A DNA stretch of 64,000 nucleotides from Albugo candida (Eukaryota), in contig JBDOQK010000022.1 of assembly GCA_040437565.1 (NCBI GenBank), positions 1 through 64,000 of the forward strand. The letters run 5' to 3'. Below, in pieces: positions 47,452 through 60,400 of the stretch. Every line of letters begins with the position of its first letter. The stretch's first letter is position 1. Under the pieces are notes generated by a model, which was given only the letters and a program-made list of their open reading frames with translations, had not been told where the DNA came from and made no database searches. Position numbers and translations under genes: made by a program.

Positions 47452-49684
47452 ACAACAGCAAAGTACTTCATATTGAAGAAGAGAAGTACTTCGCAACTCC
47501 CACATTGGATAGTCGAAAGTAACGACGCATTTAGGGCGTCCTGGAAGCTCAAATTCTAAAGAATATGCTCGAACGCTGGAATGATATGCGAATTTTACAA
47601 AAGGGAGGTAGTTATAAAGTGATGCTCATTAAACCAACAAACCGGCGTGAACGCTTGAGTACGACTGAGAGAGGCATACAAAAGTCACACCATTCAGGTT
47701 GCCGTTTGACTGACTCGATGACGCACAAGAAAGTTGGTGAACCTCTTGATTCTTCAATTGAGGCCAACAGCTGCTTACTGGTAGGAGTATGGTGTCAATT
47801 AGTGAGATCATATGTTCGAGCTGAAAAAGTATTTGTATGAAAACGTCAGCCTCGACATCGGTTTGCTATAGAACAAATATGATTTTGTAGCTCATTTGTG
47901 CCCTACAATTTGTTATATTTCTCAATTTTCGCTTCTCAATAGGAGAGACATTCCAAAACGCGTTGAAAGAGAGATTGTCGTAGATCTCGCGAATCGCATC
48001 GACTCGAAACGTACAGAGTTGCAGTAAGGCCATGTCTACTTACGACAAAAGTCACCAAACGTAACACTTGCGTTAGGCTTTTGACTATTACCCGACAGAA
48101 AATTGAAGAATTCCGCTTCGACACGCATCAATTGGGCTTCAGGAGTGTCAAAGTCTTTAATATGACTTTCTACGCCACATGGGCGCACTTGGGATAATAA
48201 TATTTTTTTTAGATCACAAAGAGAAATTTTCGATCAAAAGTACCGCTTTCAAAAGCTACGAATCCAAGTACACATAACGCTTACTTGAAAGCCTCTAAGC
48301 CGTCAATTCGAATCGATGCTGCTCAGCCGCTTTGATTGACTTCTTCACCCCAAGCAGACTGGATATTCAAAGTCATCATACGAAGCTGTTAATCTCTCTG
48401 CGTACACTGCATTCAGGTACAATTGGCTCAATAGAGACTCGATCTCTCATTACGTGTTAAAAGCAAAATATATTCTCATTTGGGTATCATTGCATTTTGA
48501 CGTGAGAAATCGTACAGAATGTGTCCAATGTGGGGTCTTTAGTGTGCATCGAGAAATTGATACCGCCGCATGGACTGCCTAAAATACATCGAGGAAGCAC
48601 TACCCAATACAATTAAAGCTGTCGATGAATCGAAAGACCAGTATCTGCTCGATATCTTTCTCAGCTTTCTATTGCTGGTACATGTGAGCACCAGAATTTC
48701 TACAGCGTAAGCATCGTTGGCACTATCAAGTCGACAGTCAGTTCCACACATTCAGCACGCCAAGAAACAAGATCATTGAGAAGGGTTACAAGAAAGTGTG
48801 TGTGATCCTAGCAGCCCAAACGGTGCTGGCGACAGCAATTACGATTGTTACGGTAAGTAGGGATGCAGCATTGCTACAGAGAAGTTGTCGTTGATATTCA
48901 TCTCCGTTCTTACGTGCTCTCATGTCCTTCAAGTGGCAATAGCTGCAACTCTGCTCACTTTATTAGCATTNNNNNNNNNNNNNNNNNNNNNNNNNNNNNN
49001 NNNNNNNNNNNNNNNNNNNNNNNNNNNNNNNNNNNNNNNNNNNNNNNNNNNNNNNNNNNNNNNNNNNNNNCAGCAATTACGATTGTTACGGTAAGTAGGG
49101 ATGCAGCATTGCTACAGAGAAGTTGTCGTTGATATTCATCTCCGTTCTTACGTGCTCTCATGTCCTTCAAGTGGCAATAGCTGCAACTCTGCTCACTTTA
49201 TTAGCATTTATAATGCTTTGGTAGGGACTCAATTGGCCGAATGTGTTCCTGGAAATGGTACAAACACTGAGAACTCATTGCTCGCTCCTGCATCTGCTGC
49301 TAAAAAGCTCATTACTTCTCGATTTACTCCCACCATCACACACTCTCACTCCTGCTCCCATAGTCGCATTCGACGTATGGTGCAGGCTGCTCATTCATTA
49401 CAGAATCGATAGGATTTTGATGTTGAGAGTCTTATGGTATCGATCTCTTCATCTATCGTTGAGCTTTTCTCCAAGCAGGAGGCCTTTCCCAAGATATAAG
49501 GAACCGGTAGTGTGCAATAAATTCAAGCAGCGATCTCATTGAGCTCATCTTTGGATTTGTAGGTGTCATGACACAAAAGCGCGCATAGAGGCTCACGTCC
49601 GACATTGCTTGTCCTGACTTGACAGCATTATATTTCGCTCAATTTAGTAGCTACGTTGATGTTATATATATGAAAGTATGCCAA

Positions 49685-50291
49685 TTACGCCGTTTTCCTT
49701 TCTGTGAAAGGCGATCCATCGGGACACGTGCCGAAAAATTCGACATATTGCACCTAAAAGCGACGAAATGAGAGTTATTTACGATTTCAATGAAAAGTAC
49801 CTTTGGGAGTCCCATAACGCTTTTAGACGACACAAAGACCCGTTCCAGAATGCAATTTTCGATATCGTTAAACGTCCCGCGCGCCACTGCTTTTCCATCT
49901 TCCAATGAGAGAGTGATGCGCTTATCTTTGATCGATGTTACGATAATCTATTGTTAAAAATAAAACCAGTTAACTGTTACTTTGCTCTGTATAGAGAGCT
50001 CACCTCATACTCTCCGTCTCGGCCTTCCTTTTTCGTGCAGGAGGCACCATACCCTGTATTTTTCTCAATCATATTGAGCTTTTCTTTCGGGTGTCCGGAT
50101 TTTTCAAACATGACCCAATACACGTCCAATGCGTCTTCCTCGACAATGACTCCGTCTTCCTTTATGCGTAAGGAATACACGACAACGTTTGCATTCTTAT
50201 TACGATGAATTACAAAAGCAGCGTAATTCTCGTGCTTGTCACGAATGTAAGGAAATGGATTGTTTTCGGGTTTGGAAAAGTCGGTTGCCAT
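49685..50291 (-). CDS. DUF4833-like protein with two introns
   Basis: FVIHRNKNANVVVY, LDVYWVMFE and EKLNMIEKNTGYG. Splicing at about 50003-49948 and 49801-49754 gives the C-terminus LERVFV..GLPKVQYVEFFGTCPDGSPFTERKTA*. Confidence 0.8.
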
Positions 50292-50796
50292 GAAGATATT
50301 GTACTTAGCTGCGATACGTTATCTACTTGCGATACCGCGGTACAGCTGTTTTATTCAGAATACGATTTGNNNNNNNNNNNNNNNNNNNNNNNNNNNNNNN
50401 NNNNNNNNNNNNNNNNNNNNNNNNNNNNNNNNNNNNNNNNNNNNNNNNNNNNNNNNNNNNNNNNNNNNNACGTTGTGTATAAAACAATTGGAAATCGGTG
50501 GCACACAAAAGTTTGAAATTGGAAGAAATTGAAAAGCGAATTGGTATGTGAAAGAGTACGCAGCGTGAGAAAGCAACAAGTACTCTTTGATATGGGATCA
50601 CGAGCATGCTGATAGACGTTGTGTGTCGTGCTTTCTCTCATGCAACAAGCGAGGAAACAATGCTGAGTATATCAAGGATCGGGGTGGAGTCGAGACAGCT
50701 TTGTTGTTTCGCCCCAAGTTCCGTAGATATACCACTGCTGTTGATATATGCACCTAAGCGATATGGAATCACAACTAAACGTTCTTTTTTGCTTAA

Positions 50797-51328
<532 letters not shown>

Positions 51329-51551
51329 GTCGAAGCTATAATTGCCGCAAATTCAAATCCTACGCATTAAAGACTTGACGACTTGCTCTGTATCCATTGT
51401 TGTTGATGTGCTTTTTTGTGCTTTTTTCACGTTCTCATCACGCACGCGGATGTCTCAAAATCTCCTTTTCCGCTCGAGACGCTCCAATTCGCTTATTATT
51501 GTAATTTTTGACTTGTTACCGGGTATAATTGTAATTTATCAAGTATTGATC

Positions 51552-52017
51552 ATGCGATCGTTATCGGTCGACGACGAAGAAGCGCAGGCAGAAACCAGCG
51601 ATTTTGAAGAAGTGAGCACTCCACGAATACAGGAAAAGATAGAAAACACAACAAGACATCAGGTAGAATCCAATCGGAATTGGTTGGAACGTATTCTGAT
51701 TCGAAAAAGTAGGAAAAGCAGTTGGATTCTATCCATACCGGCGTCGTGCAGTTGAAGAAGCATGCGGTCAATACAAATGACGAAGTTGTGGCACAAAACG
51801 CGATGATTGATAGCATTTCGATACAAATGGATGAAGCAGGAGCAAATGTGCAGACACAAACTGAAAATGCACGCAAAGTAGCTCGACATCAGCGACAGGT
51901 TTCTATTGCTCCAATAAGCGCATTTCGCTGATTTCCAACGCTTTGTGTTAGCTCTGTTGGTACTATATCGTAATTGTCGTGCTGATTATCGCATTGGTAA
52001 TTATTGCGATCGCGTAA
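51552..52017 (+). CDS. Small tail-anchored Qc-SNARE-like protein with two introns
   Basis: SNARE heptads (LDSIHTGVVQLKKHAVNTNDEVVAQNAMIDSISIQMD) with a central Q, and a final exon encoding the TM segment LCWYYIVIVVLIIALVIIAIA*. Confidence 0.8.
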
Positions 52018-52092
52018 ATGTGATGAATCTGATTCGATTCAGATCTGAGGATAGTATCCTTAAATAATGTAGATACTTGTGTTTGGGTGAGT

Positions 52093-53203
52093 ATGTTTTT
52101 ACATCCAAGAACGACTCGGACGAATTTTCCGGCTTTTGCGGTTTATAATGTTTCACTGTGAGCTATCTGTCCAATACTGATTGCGTAATTGTTGTAGGTA
52201 GAATTCAATCCGTTTAAAGAAGGTCGGTTGGCTGTAAGCACATCTCAGTACTTTGGCATTGTCGGAAACGGCAGGCAGCAAGTTCTTGAGATGCTACCTT
52301 CTGGTCAGTTTGCATCGGTATGCCCCTTGTCTTCCATTAAGTCAATGCTTACAATATTTGAAGATACGCCATTTCGACACCAATGACGGGATTTACGACT
52401 GCGCATGGAGCGAATTGCATGCGGATCATTTAGTAACAGCTTGTGGAAATGGAACTCTTCAGTTATGGCATTTGAAAACTCAGGATCAGTATCCTATTTT
52501 AGTGTATAGAGAGCACACCAAAGATGTTGTCAGTGTTCAATGGAACTTAGTCGCCAAAGATACATTTCTATCGGCGTCTTGGGATCCGTCCATCAAATTG
52601 TGGGCACCAGAGCGCACCAATTCGATTTGTACCTATACGGAGCACACGCACCCAGTTTATGAATGCGCGTGGAACGCCCAAAATGCCACTTTATTTGCAT
52701 CTTGTGGATCGGATGGAGTGATAAAGCTCTGGAATACGTCTGTCCCGGCATCAATCCAGACCATCACAAAAGCACATCGGAGCGAAATTCTGACTTTGGA
52801 TTGGAACAAATACAATTCGTATCAGCTTGTTTCTGGCAGCGCGGATGCTTCCATCAGCGTTTGGGTACAGGCTTCTATTCGTTTCGCTTGCATGTTGCTC
52901 ATTTTTCACTGAAAGGATATTCGCAAAGCTCAAAACCCATTGAAAGTGCTTCAAGGTCACTCTTATGGAGTTCGTCGTGTCAGATGCTCTCCTCATGACG
53001 CCAATATCATCGGATCGGCCTCGTATGATATGACGGCCTCGCTCTGGGATCTTGAATCACAAGTTGCAAGGATTCAGAGTGCTATCCGGCATTCAGAGTT
53101 TGTGTTTGGCGTCAATTTCAATTTATTTAGAGAAGGATGGATAGCAACATGCTCATGGGATTGTCAGCTGATCTGCTGGAATTATTTAAGCGGACCACCG
53201 TGA
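52093..53203 (+). CDS. PEX7: Peroxisomal targeting signal 2 receptor (WD40), three introns
   Basis: VEFNPF..RLAVSTSQYFGIVGNGRQ, FDTNDGIYDCAWSE, FLSASWD, AHRSEILTLDWNKY, GHSYGVRRVRCSPH and SASYDMT. Confidence 0.93.
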
Positions 53204-53259
53204 TGGAGACAAGAATCATTTGAGAAAAGACCATTTTCGTGTATTATGTTACAAAAACC

Positions 53260-54037
53260 TCAGTGCGTTGCTATGGATCGTGTGGTTTCCAGTGGTTCCC
53301 TTTTTAGCTGCAGGAACATTTGTCTCATTCGACTGACATCAGTCGTAATCTCATCGGTCGTACTTTTCGACAGAATTTCGGTACTCTTCTTATCTTTATC
53401 CGATTTTTTTGTGCTGTCAGACTTATTGGTCTTTTTCGGTTGTTTCATATCCACCAGGGTGACCACACGTTCCCAGGGATTGGCATTGGCCAAATCGGCT
53501 TGCAGCTTTTCCAACATGGCTTGCTCATGCGCTCGATTGGTTGTTTTCTTCGACTCCATAATATGCTCACGCTCAGCGATGAATTGTTCCATATCCGCTA
53601 AGGCTTTTTCCTTGCACTCTATTGCGATTCGGCTTTGTTCGGAAGCCTTCTTTGCAAGCTTTTCTTCCCATTCATAATTATACTTGCTAATTTTGTAATT
53701 TAAGAAAGATAAGTACTATAAAAGAAAATGTCTGATGCCACGCAACGTACGTCAATTCGTCCTCTTCGACGTCTGGTGAGTCGATGATACTATCATTGGG
53801 AAGGAACAAGGTGCCTTGGTCACATCCAGGCGCACTGTCACAAGATGAATGTGCCTGGAGTTCTGCCTGGTCGATCGATGAAATACTATATCATAAACAG
53901 TGAAAGTTTGAACGACGGATATGATGGAAAAATATAAAAAGAAGAACGCACTAATCAGATGTGTGTGACTCCTCGCTTGGAAATGCTGTGTTTTGGTTTT
54001 CTTCGAACGCGTTTTCCGCTTCTCCGAATGGATCCAT
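53260..54037 (-). CDS. Clathrin light chain (multi-exon)
   Basis: Acidic N-terminus MDPFGEAENAFEE, a central coiled coil (EWEEKLAKKASEQ), NPWERVVTLVD and C-terminal DVSRMRQMFLQLK. Confidence 0.88.
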
Positions 54038-54258
54038 AGCTCAATGACGCTGCTTCTACGTGTCTCCGTTATACCAGTATTTACGGTATCCTACACTTGT
54101 GTTCCACATCAAAGTAGGGCCGCTCGTAGCACCAGTGATTCATTTTCCCTCCCGAAATCAGACAATCTCTTCCCCCCACCGTACGTGTACTTCACAACGT
54201 TGAATAATAACGAGCCCCGAGCTAAACACTCTGTGTCTTCTAGTAATACTATTCAAAA

Positions 54259-54561
54259 ATGGTCAAGCAGAAGAACCACACAGCTCGCAACAACACCGTA
54301 AAAGCCCACCGAAATGGGATTAAAAGGCCAAAGAACCATCGATTTCATTCCACTCGCGGGGTTCGTACTACTTTTGCTTGTATCCCTGCTCATATCTGAA
54401 CGTTGTTGTAGCTTGACCCAAAATTTCTTCGAAATCAGCGATGGGCCAAGAAATTCAACAAAAAGCACAATAAAGCTGCCAAGAAGGTAATTCTTCACGA
54501 TGCAATGTATTAAGTCTAACGGTGTTATTTATCCAAATAGGTTCCAGAGGAGACAAAGTAG
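54259..54561 (+). CDS. RPL29: 60S ribosomal protein L29 (eL29), spliced; not in the ORF track
   Basis: Exons 54259-54360, 54412-54486 and probably 54541-54561 give [65 protein letters not shown], with eL29 motifs KNHT, HRNGIK and DPKFLRN. Confidence 0.93.
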
Positions 54562-55741
54562 GAGCGCTTATACGTTATGAATATAGCCACGAGATTGAGA
54601 CTGCTGCAGTGTGTCGTATCACGCATCCGTTCAATTCGATCCGACCGAAAATGATGAGCATACTTTCTTATCTACATTCTCTGAACGAGGATGAAGAGAA
54701 ATCAACTGCTTCTGATTCGGTCGTGTTGATGACTCTTCAAAGCGTCGGGATGTACGGAACCAGTCGATCATCACGAAAGGAATGTGGAAGATGAGCTGGC
54801 TCGAGTTCTAAGGGTTTTCTACAGAGAAGCTATTACAGAATTGGAGAAAGAGGTCATCGTCAAGCCATTCACGCCGTCCGCATGCAAGCGGCAACTCATA
54901 CACTATCAGAACTATCCTCCGCTCATGCGGCATCGCTACTTTCGTGCAACGGTTGCAGCATTTGCGCAGCAATCGTACAACATTCGCGCAACCTCAGTGC
55001 ATCCTTGCAAGAGATGTTACAAATCTGCAGGACGATGTATTGACGATTAATGTGAAGGGCGTGAATAGTGGCAAATGGATGCGTCGCAATAACATGTTTC
55101 CACAAGTTGTGACGTTCATGCGCTCTATGCTATGCCGCCACCTTTATAGAAAACAATTCTGGCATGACTGTACTTATTGTCCATAGTCTCTGTGAGTAGA
55201 GCGAGCGTCTCACATGCTCGCAATTTATATCTTTTGCATATGCAATCTGATAGATTCGTGATTTCCTACGCCGATTGTTTCTCACCAAGGTCTTTTGTCA
55301 GCCAGCGAGCTTTAACCAAAACTGGACCGTACCAATTCTTTAGGTTCATTAGGTATGCACACGCAGGACTGAGAATGCTTGCATGCAGTACCTTCCCCAA
55401 CAATAGAAGTTTCCATGCAGGCACAGAACCTTCTAGAGCACAGCATAAAAGTGGCAAAATTAATTCAAGGTGGAAGGTTTAAATTTGAGAAAATGTAAAA
55501 ATTTTAATCAATCAATGATCGCACTCTAGAAAGAGATAAATTCTGTTCATCATAGAAGCGAACCATTATCTCATTAACTGATTTCTTCGGTGAATATGTA
55601 ACAAGTACACGAAAGTTCAAAAAGAAGTTGCAAAATCAACTAAACATAGTGGGATCAATCTAACTCGATTTTTCTTCCACGGAATGCTTAAATGGCTCAT
55701 TCAAATTCATTCAGCAATTTGCTACCAATCGACTACTCCCC

Positions 55742-57475
55742 ATGCAATCACAACGGCTCTCGCGCATTCTCGTTTTGGCATTTGCAACCTGTCAGTTGCA
55801 TGTTAGTTATGGCGAACCTCATACTGCACAATACCGCTTCAAGACTCATAGTAATTGGGAGTTGGATGTGTTTAAAACTGTGTTTGAATATCACACCCAC
55901 TTTCTCGACGGAGCAGGGGCTGATACGTTTACAGTCACGAAGATTGGTTATTGCTTCATCGAAGTAAGCATCACTGGATCCCTGCGTGCATTACAACGTG
56001 TGCAAGATTCTTATTGCGTGAGAGATCCTCAAGCCTTGTTAATTCCTGATTTGTTCGTCGAAAAGATCACGTGTTTGACTGAACTACCGTCGGAGAAAGA
56101 CAACCTCGAGATGGAAGTCGGTTTCATCAGGCTCGATATGAAAGAGAAAAACTTTGTTTGTGTGTACCAAATGTCGGATTTTGCTTCAAATGATTGCAGA
56201 AAGTGTCTGATGCAAAACGGCGACAGCATACTTGGTGATTTCAACATCCGGCTTGGCAAACACAAATACAAAGACTCATCTGCCAAAATAGAGTCAATCG
56301 CTTATGTTATGTACACGTCGCGTGGTAGAGATGAAATCATCAACGCTTGCAATGCCATGGGTGTTTGTCATAAATATAAACACGAATCCCAAGCTTTATC
56401 TGCTTCGTGTCGAGCAATCCATGGTCCACATAAGTCGCATCATTTTGCTTCGGAAATACCAGACAAACAACATACGTCATCAAGCGAATCGGGCGAGAAA
56501 AATCTCAAATGTCACAAAGTCTCCAAAGTTGGTAGAAGTGTCCAAAAAAATGAACCTTATCAATGGGTAAATACAATAGATCATGAAATCGACATTTTTT
56601 TGAAACGTTACATGAAAAAAAACATCGTATATTTGATGAAGGCGAGTGCTAATTATGGCGACCATACGCTACTTTTGGTTTGGTATCCAAAAGGGTCCAC
56701 TCTGCTCAAAAAAGATTCGTATGATAGTCTTTCTGTGAAAGAAGTCCCTTTAACGGACTGTTACAACCATTACAATTCAAAATTTGACATTTCAGCGTTC
56801 CGACACCAAAGCGTATTGTATCCGCCGAAACGGGTCATTCATCCACCTCCCCCCAAGTGTGTGGTAGCTTACTCCAAATATTTGGAAGCCTGCGCATCAT
56901 GTATCAATAAGGAACTCGGTAGATGGAAAAAAGCGTCCGCTATATCAGTAATATTTACCTTATCAACTGACGACGCGCATTTTGGAAAATGTATCACCAC
57001 GGTGAACACACAAGCCTGCAGTAAATTTGAATACATCGACGATGTTGTGTGCAATCTCGACCCAGCCAGCAATAAGAAGACTACGACAGGGGGAATATAT
57101 CTGAGAGATAGTTATGATGCCCATGAATCGTTTGGTCTTATTGAAGAAGGGGTCTCTGTTGTGAAGGTTAACTATGATTCGCTTCCATGTTTGACATGTC
57201 TTGTTTTGATGCATAGTGTGAAATTCATATCAACAGTACACGAGTACGTCTGGATGGAGCTAAAACCTGGTCCGTGGTCTTGTTACTGTGGGTCCGACTA
57301 TCAAAAGGCATCTACTCACACTTTACAGACACTTCGACAAATCTCTGTCGGTGCGACTATGGAGCACCTTTTTGGATGGGGTGAAAGAAAAAGCCCACAT
57401 GGGAATATTTTGTACGAAAATTATTTGGTGCAAAAGGATGGATGGCCATCATCATGGAAACGCATTTTTGAATGA
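55742..57475 (+). CDS. Intact 577-aa secreted Cys-rich protein, CCG/CHxC effector-like
   Basis: Intronless, with signal peptide MQSQRLSRILVLAFATCQLHVSYG and repeated CxxC[LI] motifs (CRKCLMQNG, CASCI, CLTCL). It sits in a gene-sparse region and has three decayed paralogues in the window. Confidence 0.8.
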   Translation: MQSQRLSRILVLAFATCQLHVSYGEPHTAQYRFKTHSNWELDVFKTVFEYHTHFLDGAGADTFTVTKIGYCFIEVSITGSLRALQRVQDSYCVRDPQALLIPDLFVEKITCLTELPSEKDNLEMEVGFIRLDMKEKNFVCVYQMSDFASNDCRKCLMQNGDSILGDFNIRLGKHKYKDSSAKIESIAYVMYTSRGRDEIINACNAMGVCHKYKHESQALSASCRAIHGPHKSHHFASEIPDKQHTSSSESGEKNLKCHKVSKVGRSVQKNEPYQWVNTIDHEIDIFLKRYMKKNIVYLMKASANYGDHTLLLVWYPKGSTLLKKDSYDSLSVKEVPLTDCYNHYNSKFDISAFRHQSVLYPPKRVIHPPPPKCVVAYSKYLEACASCINKELGRWKKASAISVIFTLSTDDAHFGKCITTVNTQACSKFEYIDDVVCNLDPASNKKTTTGGIYLRDSYDAHESFGLIEEGVSVVKVNYDSLPCLTCLVLMHSVKFISTVHEYVWMELKPGPWSCYCGSDYQKASTHTLQTLRQISVGATMEHLFGWGERKSPHGNILYENYLVQKDGWPSSWKRIFE

Positions 57476-60400
57476 AATGTTTTTTATAAATAATGTCAGA
57501 TTTTTGCCAGCTTCTTAACTACCTATTGCATATTCAAAATCGTTTACCACTACGCGTTTCTGTAAACGAAGTCTTAATATATGCTTTTGACCAACGCGTA
57601 TAATAGGCAATTAGTTGAAGAATAATGAGCATTCAGCCCCTTTATTGGAGCATATGTAGCAAACTTGGTTCCTTCGTCAAGCTCTGCTAATTCTAACCCA
57701 AGAAACTAGAAAACGAAGCTTAGAGGAGCCGCGGAGAGCTTATGTAAGCGTCCTGATTTGATAAGGAAGCCTCTAGTTTTCACTCACCCCACACTTCATT
57801 GGCTAAAACTCATCATAATCATCACTCACCCATCACGCGGGATGATTCACTTTCAATTATCTACACCTCGGCACAAACACACTATAAATTAAACTCAACT
57901 TATTAACCTTGTACACTCAGAACATACACCATAGAATTTGCTTTGGTATGTATCTTACCAACAGTAGCTTATATTTAGGAAATAAAAATTCTGCAATTAT
58001 AAACACAACTTTTAAGAAATTATAAAGTTCGATTTTTAAAATTGAAAAATAACAATCTTAGCTTTTTCTCGGTGAGTATTCGCGAGATTGGCTGTTTGAT
58101 CTAAAAAGCTGAGAATCTGAATTTATATTCTTCCGAGTGAATTGAATGGTAATTAGTTGAGTGAATTGTGGTAGTGAGTTGAGTGGCAGTAGTTGCTACG
58201 AGTATGTGAATATTGATTTCGGTCTAAACTCAATTTTAGNNNNNNNNNNNNNNNNNNNNNNNNNNNNNNNNNNNNNNNNNNNNNNNNNNNNNNNNNNNNN
58301 NNNNNNNNNNNNNNNNNNNNNNNNNNNNNNNNNNNNNNNTGAGTGTATACTAAAGGCTACCTTTGGAATTCATGCCACACTAAAGTATGTCAAGGGCATG
58401 TTTGGCGTCTTCAGGTTCTGATGTTGGCGTTCGGGTCGCCTTATTCTTCCTTGTAAGAGACGTAAATCATGTACTAGGCAAGCTCAAGCTATTCGCTATT
58501 GATCAGCAAAGAGGTCGTCAAACTCACTATACTTGCTGTCGACTGTCATCCCAAAGAGTTTTGATTTCCGTTTCATAAATTGCATTAGTTTGCGCGTCGG
58601 ATGAAAATCGATAAATGTATTTTGATTCATTACGCATAGCATTTTACCTAATACATCAAATGTTATTTTATACTCTTTCATCCCCGCGGACGAATGCGTG
58701 GGAGAACGTCTCATTTCGAGTGAATCGCATGCTTCTAGATCAACACGTCAAAACGGAGTGCAAGATTATTATTGCGAATAGCTGAAGAGATTGTAATTTG
58801 TCCTGAATCATGCGCTGTGCCCTACGCCAACTATGAGAAGAGACGCGGCTCGTTTGGTTGCTGACGCGAGAAATCGACATAAGGGAGCGCTCTGAAACTT
58901 TAAGAGAGAACCATCGTGACATTGGACTAAGCTACTACGTGCACGAAACCGCGTTCTGAATGCCGCAATTCATATGGCCGCGTCGTTCAAACAGCTTTCC
59001 TTTTTCCGTCGTCAGCATGCGACATCCTACAAATACTTCATGCGTTACAAGCAGAGCTCTCCTCTACGTTTTGAGTCTTTTGACAAAATTCTCCTCGTCG
59101 TTCCTTTTCTTTGACGCTGCTTCAAACTTGGACGGTGCTGTTTCTCTCAGCACTTCAAATGAAAAGAAGATGTCGTCGTACTGTTTTTCCGGACAAAGGA
59201 TCAACCGTGAGCTTCGTTCATCATATGTCGATACACGCTTCTTGTTTTTATTACGGCATTCCGCAAACCCACGAGACATATACGAAATCAAATGGGACCA
59301 TAACTGATTTATAGCAGTCTATAGGTTTATTCAATAAAAAAAATAAGAGGCATAGAAGCGACATTGAGGAAATACGACTAACGCTAAAGACAACTTTGCT
59401 TCTGGCTAAAGGAACTTTGCAGACCACAGTACAGTGTATGGTCTATTCATTCTATTGACGAGAAATTGCGTTGGGGCTGTTTTGCAAGCTTCCAAGGTGT
59501 GCTCCTGTCGAAGCAGGAGTCGAGAGGATAAGGGTTACGGCGATTGGGGCTACCCCTTTCTATTTTACGATAAATGCATCTTTTCGTGGCCTAAAACGTG
59601 CGAAGGATTATTGCATTGGTAGATCTAAAAAAAAACTGCATTTATGGCTTGCTTTGATCGTGAAGCAATGGATCGGACTTCGTGCAATCATCAATACTGA
59701 ACACGAGGGAAATGCTAAAAGAAACGTGTATTTGCTTAGTTGGAAATGTTTTTCTACCGATTTACAATTTCAGAATTAGGGCTTATGTTATATGCACATC
59801 GCATTTAAAAGATGATATTTTCTACGCTTGCCGCGATACTGGCGCTTGCGATACATCAAGTATTAATCAGTCCTGAAACAAGTAAAAGATTGAAGCTTGC
59901 CAACTTGTCATGGGTACAATAATCGATACATTACCGATGGAATCGAACCATGGCATCACTTACAAAGTTCGTATAGAATCTGATCAGCGATATCAAGTCT
60001 TTCAAAACAAACCATACAAAAGTTGGCTTCCACATCGTTTGATAGTGACCTCGAATGCAAGCATCGTGTATTGGATAAATTGATGATTCCGATTCTCCGC
60101 TTTTAAACAGCTTTGCTTTTAAAGGATCACTTCTTTTCAACTGAGAAAAGTCTAGATAAACAATGCAAATCGCGAAGGAAACTTTTCTGGAGACGTATTA
60201 CAAATATTATAGCTAAAAGCTCGATATGTCGGCAGTTCAAGAGAAATATCGTTGTGAACGCCCGATACAGCATCGGTCTTTATCATCCAAGCAATTGTGA
60301 TGTAGCGTACCAGAAGGAAAAGAATTTGCTTCATGCCAAAAATGTATCCGGTCTAAACTCAGAAAGCCGAAGAAAGCCTCTTCTATATTCTTCCTCTTAC

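Noticed and set aside
43122-47469. Apparent 2.1-kb perfect tandem duplication
   Set aside because: The copies abut a 100-N gap and look identical even though the content is a pseudogene. The same pattern occurs at most gaps, so unmerged contig overlap is the likely cause. Read depth would decide.
54650-55480. Short ORFs between RPL29 and the intact effector
   Set aside because: Fragmentary, with no motif or clean splice model.
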